Source of the DNA: Chthoniobacterales bacterium
GTDB taxonomy: Bacteria; Verrucomicrobiota; Verrucomicrobiia; Chthoniobacterales; JACTMZ01
Assembly (NCBI GenBank): GCA_018883245.1
Contig: VEQL01000010.1
Location: 9,514-73,513 of the forward strand
DNA: 64,000 nt
Direction of reading: 5' to 3'
Shown here: positions 58,870-64,000 of the stretch, piece after piece
Numbering within the stretch: position 1 is the first letter of the stretch
Layout: every line of letters starts with the position of its first letter
The notes under the pieces: model-generated
What the model was told of the DNA's origin: nothing
The model's database searches: none
The model's input: only the letters and a program-made list of their open reading frames with translations
Made by a program: the position numbers and the translations under genes

Positions 58870-59202
58870 TTATTTGATGTGCTTGGAGACCAGCTTGGTC
58901 ATCTCGAACATGCTGACCGATTTTTTGCCCCCGAAGATGGCCTTCAGGTTCTCGTCGGCATGGATCATCGTCTTTTTGACTTTGTCCTGCAGCTTGTTCT
59001 TCTTGATGTAATCCCAGAGCCGTTTCGTCATCTGGCCGCGGGGAGCGGGCTTCGGGCCCACCACAACGGCGAGAAGCGACGAAGGCGTCACCGGCTTCAT
59101 GAGCGCGGGATTGGCTTTCCGTTTCTTCTTCACCGCTTTCTTCGCGGCTTTTTTGACGGTTTTCTTGGCTGGTTTACTTTTGGTTGCTTTTTTCTTGGCC
59201 AT
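58870..59202 (-). CDS. SWIB/MDM2-domain protein with histone-H1-like Lys/Ala tail
   Basis: AKKKATKSKPAKK..; LMKP..S..L..VVG..RGQMTKRLWDYIKKNKLQD..IHADENL..VSMFEMTKLVSKH. Confidence 0.92.
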   Translation of the reverse strand: MAKKKATKSKPAKKTVKKAAKKAVKKKRKANPALMKPVTPSSLLAVVVGPKPAPRGQMTKRLWDYIKKNKLQDKVKKTMIHADENLKAIFGGKKSVSMFEMTKLVSKHIK

Positions 59203-59378
59203 AACAATCTGTTGTGTTGTCAGATTTCCCCAGGGGACGCAACTACAATTTGTAGGGGTCCGGAACCCCGTCCGCCCCCGCCGGAGTTCTCCCAGGTCCG
59301 GGAAGCCGGGAAAGCCGGTTGGAGGCAGACCCGAAAAGATTGCCCGAAAGCCCCCCGGGGGCTTAAGAGTGGCGCGTG

Positions 59379-59900
59379 ATGAAATACTTCCTTACAATAT
59401 CGATCGTGCTCTCTTTCCTCGGCTTGCGCAGTCCGGCCCTCGCACTCGCGGTGGGCGATGACGCTCCGAGCGTGTCGGCCAAGGACCAAAACGGTGCGAC
59501 GCTCAACTTGGCGGACCTCTACGTCCAAGGTCCGGTGCTGGTCTATTTTTACCCGAAGGCCGACACCCCCGGTTGCACCGCCCAGGCATGCTCGCTGCGC
59601 GATGATTTTCCGCGCTTCACGGGCGAGGGCGTGAAAATTGTCGGCGTGAGCTGCGACACGGTGGAGGCGCAGAAAAAATTCGCGGACAAATACAATCTGC
59701 CCTTCCCCCTGCTCGCCGACACGGAGCAGACGGTGGCTAAGGCTTTCGGTGTTCCGCTGCTCCCCGTTCTCGGCGTGCCGCAACGGCAGTCGTTCATCAT
59801 CCGCGACGGAAAGATTGCTTGGATCGCGCGCAGCGCGAAGACCGGCGAGCACGCCGCGGAGGTCCAGGCCGCGTTGAAGGAACTCGGACTGGCGGAATAG
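59379..59900 (+). CDS. bcp: Peroxiredoxin BCP/PrxQ with signal peptide
   Basis: YFYPKADTPGCTAQAC; N-terminal signal peptide. Confidence 0.88.
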   Translation: MKYFLTISIVLSFLGLRSPALALAVGDDAPSVSAKDQNGATLNLADLYVQGPVLVYFYPKADTPGCTAQACSLRDDFPRFTGEGVKIVGVSCDTVEAQKKFADKYNLPFPLLADTEQTVAKAFGVPLLPVLGVPQRQSFIIRDGKIAWIARSAKTGEHAAEVQAALKELGLAE

Positions 59901-59946
59901 TCTTGAGCCGCGCGCACCAGACGCTACATTGCGCGTCTCGGCGCAA

Positions 59947-60018
59947 GGGTTGGTAGCTCAATGGTAGAGCAGCGCCCTTTTAAGGCGTTGGTTGTGGGTT
60001 CGAGTCCCACCCGACCCA
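59947..60018 (+). tRNA. tRNA-Lys(UUU)
   Basis: Cloverleaf: acceptor GGGTTGG/CCGACCC, D arm GCTC/GAGC, anticodon loop CTTTTAA, T arm GTGGG-TTCGAGT-CCCAC; CCA not encoded. Confidence 0.95.
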
Positions 60019-60048
60019 CGTGCGCGGTGCCCCCACCCTCGAGGCCAA

Positions 60049-60660
60049 TCAGAGGATCTCTTCGTATTCGTCAACCGGTTCGCGGCAGACCGAGCATTTT
60101 TCCGCGGGAAGCTTTGTCACGGTCATGCCGCAGACTTGGCAGACGTAGTAGTTGATCTTGCCCTGCTTGCCCAAGTTTTTCAGGGCCGCCTCGTAGAGTT
60201 TGGCGTGGGCTTTCTCGGTCTCCATGGCGAAACGCAAGCTGCGCATGGCCGGACGTGCGTTCTCCTTTTTGGCCAGCGCGATGAACTCCGGATACATCTT
60301 CTCGTTCTCGTAAGTCTCGCCCTTGATCGCAGCCTTGAGATTCTCCGCCGTGCTTCCCGGCTTCACCTCCTCAAGTTGAAATTTCTCGACCTTGCCGCCG
60401 AGTTTCAAAATGGCCTCCTTGTGCGCATCGCGGTGAATCGCCTCGGAAGCGGACGTGGCACGGAACAACTTGGCCACTTCGGGATAACCGTCCTGCTCGG
60501 CCTTGCGCGCGAATTGCGCGTAACGATTGGAGGCGTTCGATTCGCCTTGAAAGGCTTCGTTCAGATCTTTTACCAGCTGCGCTGAAACCTCCGCTTTGGC
60601 CGGAGCCACCGCACAAAGAAGGGCCATGCCCAACACCAGGATTGAAACGTTCGTTTTCAT
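60049..60660 (-). CDS. Rubrerythrin with N-terminal signal peptide
   Basis: AFQGES.A..RY, EAIH, GETYE..MYPEF, EKAH, C-terminal CQVC..CSVC. Confidence 0.9.
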   Translation of the reverse strand: MKTNVSILVLGMALLCAVAPAKAEVSAQLVKDLNEAFQGESNASNRYAQFARKAEQDGYPEVAKLFRATSASEAIHRDAHKEAILKLGGKVEKFQLEEVKPGSTAENLKAAIKGETYENEKMYPEFIALAKKENARPAMRSLRFAMETEKAHAKLYEAALKNLGKQGKINYYVCQVCGMTVTKLPAEKCSVCREPVDEYEEIL

Positions 60661-60758
60661 CGCTGGCATTTTGCTTCCAACCACCCGCCGGCTCAAGCAG
60701 ATTATTAGCGGTGCTTATACTTTGCACAGCCACCGGAATTTCCCATCGCGAAGAGCGT

Positions 60759-61616
60759 CTAACGCGCCACTGCGGCTGACCGCAAGGCCTCCCGGACTTC
60801 GCCGGCAAACTCATCAACCAACGCGAGCGTGAACTCGCCGAGCCCGAGGTTGTCGTCCTGCACCAGAGGCGTGAGGTCGATGGCATATGTCACGCCGGTC
60901 TCTTTGTCCGTGGCGTGGCTTTCGTGGAATGTGGCGTGGGCCAGCCTGCGGCCCATCACCGCAAGGTCGTAGCGCTTGCCCCCGCTGATCTGCGAATCGA
61001 ACACGCCGTTGAGCGCGGCCTGCAAGTTGGTGCACTCCCCCACCGGAAGCGCCACTTTGCGGTTGTCCGGCAACCAATCGAGATCGCGCCAGACTTCGCA
61101 GCCGTAAACTTTCCGCGGACGTTGCTCCCGCGGCAGACGGCGCACCGCCGAGAGCGACCTTGCGAGCACGGCCACGTGCGTCGCGTGCTTGTCCGCGGGG
61201 TTGTGCAGGTAAAGCACGCCGGGCCGCGCTATTGCGAGGATCGCCGCCAAATCGCCCACCGGGTTATTGTCGGCAGCGTTCCTGATCATGGCGCTGGGAT
61301 AATCGAGCTGGATCATCGCCGCGTAGCCGCCGATCACAGCCGCTTTGCGTTGCTCTTCGCGACGCACTTCGATCATTCCGGCATCGGAGAGCTTTTCGTA
61401 GATCCCCGTGCGCGCGCTTCCGGCTCCATCGGTCACGGTCACCCCGGTGAACCAGAGATCCTCGCGCCCGTAGCATTCGAGAATCCCGTGGGCGGCGAAA
61501 AATTCCAGATCATCCTGGTGGGCGCCGATTCCCATGTGGGTCGTGCGCTCGAGGGCGGCGGGCATCGGCTTGCCGTCGGGAATGCAGATGTCGGCGTTGG
61601 GGCGGTGAAATTTCAT
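60759..61616 (-). CDS. PIG-L/LmbE family deacetylase
   Basis: GAHQDDLE, TDGAG, R..EQ..AA, DKHATH. Confidence 0.88.
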   Translation of the reverse strand: MKFHRPNADICIPDGKPMPAALERTTHMGIGAHQDDLEFFAAHGILECYGREDLWFTGVTVTDGAGSARTGIYEKLSDAGMIEVRREEQRKAAVIGGYAAMIQLDYPSAMIRNAADNNPVGDLAAILAIARPGVLYLHNPADKHATHVAVLARSLSAVRRLPREQRPRKVYGCEVWRDLDWLPDNRKVALPVGECTNLQAALNGVFDSQISGGKRYDLAVMGRRLAHATFHESHATDKETGVTYAIDLTPLVQDDNLGLGEFTLALVDEFAGEVREALRSAAVAR

Positions 61617-63046
61617 ACGCAGCCGGACTCGATGCGCGGCAAACTCGCGGCGGCAATGGCTTGGCCGTGACGCTTGAACTTCTCGTCCACGGCGAGGAAC
61701 GAAAGCGCTCGCGCGAAATCCGGCGCGTGACCGCTCAGCACTTGGCGGGCTTTTTCCATCATAATCTCCCCTCCCGGTCCGCTCGTCACGCGGCCGAGCA
61801 CGAGGACGTGCGAGAACTCATAAAATTCGGCGAAATGAGCCAGCGAGAAACCGAGATAAACGCCGAGGCTCTCATAGACCGGATGGACCCAATTCTCTCC
61901 GCGTTCCGCGGCTTGTTGCAACAGCGCCAATTTTTCCGCAAAAGGCAGTCCGCCGGGAAATTCCCGTCCCGCGAGCAGTTGACCAAGCGCCTGCTGCGAA
62001 TGGTAGCGCGCCCCGGTTCCCGCGTCGCCGGACCATTCATCGACATGCGCACCCTCGCTCTCCACGCGATAGTCCACCGGGACAAAAGCAAGTTCGTTGA
62101 GCCAGGGCCTGAGAGAACCGTCCGGACCCACATAGCCGCCCGCAAGACTGGTGCCGAGGGAAAGACCGAGAACACCTTTGTGCTTCTCCTTGCACTCCGG
62201 CATTGCCGCCGCGGCCAACGCGGTGACATCACCGTCATTGGCCACCACGAGCGGCACCTTCCACTCGGCCGCCAGACGCTTGAAAATCGGACGGATCCGC
62301 GAGGCGAAAAGCTCCTCGGGAACACCGCGAAAAAGCGAGCCCGCGCGCGGCTCGTTGTCCACATACACGCCGGCCGCGCTTCCGCCGATCGCATCGACCC
62401 GCGGCAGGTGTTCCGCCGCGCGCCGCAGGCTCTGGCGGATCCCCTCCTCGTGATAGGCTGGATCAGCCTGGAAATAAGGGTCCCACGGCGTCTCCTCGGA
62501 AAACACAACTTTCCCGTCGATCACCGCGGCGACTTTGCGATCGCTGCCGCCGAGATCGAAACCGATCCGGCAGCCCTCCAGCCCGCCTCCGCCCATGCCG
62601 GCATTTTCAGTTTCCGCGGGCAACGCGGCTTCATCGCACGACGTCACCGCGAACTCATCCAGATAAATTTTGCGTCCGAGAAATCCGGCATCGAAGGCGC
62701 GGGCTCCTTCGGGTGCATAGTCCGCCGCAATCCTGCGGGCCGTCGCCGGCGCGCCCGCGATGTGCACGCGAGACCCTCCGCGCGACCAAAGCAGGAATTT
62801 CACAGTGCGCTCGAGATAATGGAAATTGACCCCCGCATTCCCGTCGTTGTCCGGAAGCATGCGCGTCCGGAAAACGCTTGTGCAGCCGCCCGGTTGCATG
62901 ATTGCGATGGTCACCGGAATGCTGCAGCCGCCCTTTTCAGCAAGCCCCCGATAGGCGCTCCGCCAGGACCAAGCGGGAACGAAACCCCGATCAAGCGGCG
63001 CCCCGCTATCCGGCAATGACATCTTGGCAACGTCCACCCTTGTCAT
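61613..63046 (-). CDS. ROK family sugar kinase-like protein
   Basis: IGFDLGGS, NDGDVTALA, LGTSLAGGY, NELAF; start coupled to the upstream stop. Confidence 0.85.
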   Translation of the reverse strand: MTRVDVAKMSLPDSGAPLDRGFVPAWSWRSAYRGLAEKGGCSIPVTIAIMQPGGCTSVFRTRMLPDNDGNAGVNFHYLERTVKFLLWSRGGSRVHIAGAPATARRIAADYAPEGARAFDAGFLGRKIYLDEFAVTSCDEAALPAETENAGMGGGGLEGCRIGFDLGGSDRKVAAVIDGKVVFSEETPWDPYFQADPAYHEEGIRQSLRRAAEHLPRVDAIGGSAAGVYVDNEPRAGSLFRGVPEELFASRIRPIFKRLAAEWKVPLVVANDGDVTALAAAAMPECKEKHKGVLGLSLGTSLAGGYVGPDGSLRPWLNELAFVPVDYRVESEGAHVDEWSGDAGTGARYHSQQALGQLLAGREFPGGLPFAEKLALLQQAAERGENWVHPVYESLGVYLGFSLAHFAEFYEFSHVLVLGRVTSGPGGEIMMEKARQVLSGHAPDFARALSFLAVDEKFKRHGQAIAAASLPRIESGCV

Positions 63047-63999
63047 GGTCGGAGTATCGCGTCCATCCGGCGGAAAGTCTCCATGGCCTCGTATTCGGCC
63101 AACCCCAGACGGTCGAAGGCCGCCGCCGTCGCACGATCGAGTGTTCCCGTCTCTTGCCATGCCTCGTTGGACGACGGCGTCTGGCTGCGCTGGCTCTGGT
63201 GCTGGTAAACCGCTTCGAGCTTGTTCTTCATTTCGACCGGACTGAGCGGCACCGCCATGTCGATGTCGTGCAGCGGCCATGCACGGTCGATCTCCGGATA
63301 AATCCAAAGCCTGCAGTGCTCCATCCATTTGGCTCCGGACAATCTGCGCCAAGCGCAACGCAGCACCTCGAAACACACCGCCGCCACACTTCCCGGAGCG
63401 GAATCGACACCGGATGCGAAAATTTGGTGGGGGCGCAGTTTCTCGATCAAGGAAGCAAGCACCTCCTCGTCGGCCGATCCGGGAAGGAACTGGCGGTAAC
63501 GCCCGGACTCGTAAAAGGGAAGATTGAGAAAACGCACACGCTCCCTTGCCAGACCGAGCGTTTCCGCGGCCGCCAGCGATTCGCCGCGGCGGATGAGCGA
63601 CTTCACTCGCCGGATTTCTGGACTGTCGATGTCGAATTCCTTTTTTGCCGACAACTGCTCGCGCACCGTGCAGACCATCGCCTCGGAAGCGGAGCCGTCC
63701 CCGGCCATGCCTTGCGCCAGATCGACGGCCAAGCGAACCAGCGGATCGGGCACCGCGAGATTCCCCGATGTCATGTAAGCCAACGTCACTTCGTGACCTT
63801 GGTCGATGAGCCGGTGCAGCGTTCCACCCATCGATCGCTCCACGTCCAAGGGCTCCGGACCGAGCACCAGAACGCGCTTCACCGCGGGCTCCGCCCTCTC
63901 CGGCCTCGTGCTGTCATCCGCCCCCGGCTTGCCCCCGGGCCAGCCGGTTATGCTGTGTTGCGCCTCGTTGAAAACAGCGACGTTCAGATCGTAGGCGGG
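63043..63999 (-). CDS. nagB: C-terminal part of long-form glucosamine-6-phosphate deaminase (NagB fused to a PIG-L-like domain); 5'-truncated
   Basis: Frame open to the window end: QHSITGWPGGKP.ADD..RPERA, MGGT, MTSGNLAV, IDMAVPLSP, HQSQ, LGLAEYEAME. Confidence 0.82.
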   Translation of the reverse strand, partial: PAYDLNVAVFNEAQHSITGWPGGKPGADDSTRPERAEPAVKRVLVLGPEPLDVERSMGGTLHRLIDQGHEVTLAYMTSGNLAVPDPLVRLAVDLAQGMAGDGSASEAMVCTVREQLSAKKEFDIDSPEIRRVKSLIRRGESLAAAETLGLARERVRFLNLPFYESGRYRQFLPGSADEEVLASLIEKLRPHQIFASGVDSAPGSVAAVCFEVLRCAWRRLSGAKWMEHCRLWIYPEIDRAWPLHDIDMAVPLSPVEMKNKLEAVYQHQSQRSQTPSSNEAWQETGTLDRATAAAFDRLGLAEYEAMETFRRMDAILRP

Positions 64000-64000
64000 A

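Noticed and set aside
59947..60048. tRNA-Lys as a second integration site
   Set aside because: No integrase or duplicated 3' end nearby; flanking genes look like ordinary host genes
59961..60155. 64-aa ORF MVEQRPFKALVVGSSP
   Set aside because: It is a translation of the tRNA-Lys gene
23425..63376. Extended N-termini in the ORF track (e.g. starts at 23425, 24120, 32110, 54792, 63376)
   Set aside because: They overlap upstream genes; downstream starts coupled to or just after the upstream stop fit the protein families better
1..64000. CRISPR array, rRNA or IS element
   Set aside because: No regularly spaced repeats, rRNA-like sequence or transposase ORF found by eye

Overview
High-GC bacterial DNA, most likely from the PVC superphylum (Verrucomicrobia-like; inferred from gene content only). 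Bases 1-19804 are the right arm of a prophage: a tape-measure gene, about 14 co-oriented tail and fibre genes, a holin-like gene, a cargo NDP-sugar epimerase, and xis plus a tyrosine integrase. The arm ends at an att core matching the 3' end of a tRNA-Ser. The rest is host chromosome: DUF47/PiT phosphate uptake; an Mla/MCE-type operon whose ATPase lacks Walker A; a CHASE2 adenylate cyclase divergent from beta-barrel and FecR genes; MgtE; a cNMP-patatin coupled to a chalcone-isomerase-fold protein; a lipase; and a methyltransferase. Next is the strongest candidate for an undescribed system: a single-module highly reducing type I PKS (KS-AT-DH-cMT-ER-KR-ACP) followed by a stand-alone condensation domain, a desaturase, a LolD/E-like ABC transporter and a LolA-like protein, with a GH1 lipoprotein upstream. 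The window ends with a PLD, an active/inactive Deg protease pair, gltX, lpxA, radC, a SWIB protein, BCP, tRNA-Lys(UUU), a secreted rubrerythrin and a nagB-ROK-PIG-L amino-sugar operon. All calls come from reading motifs by eye; no searches were run.
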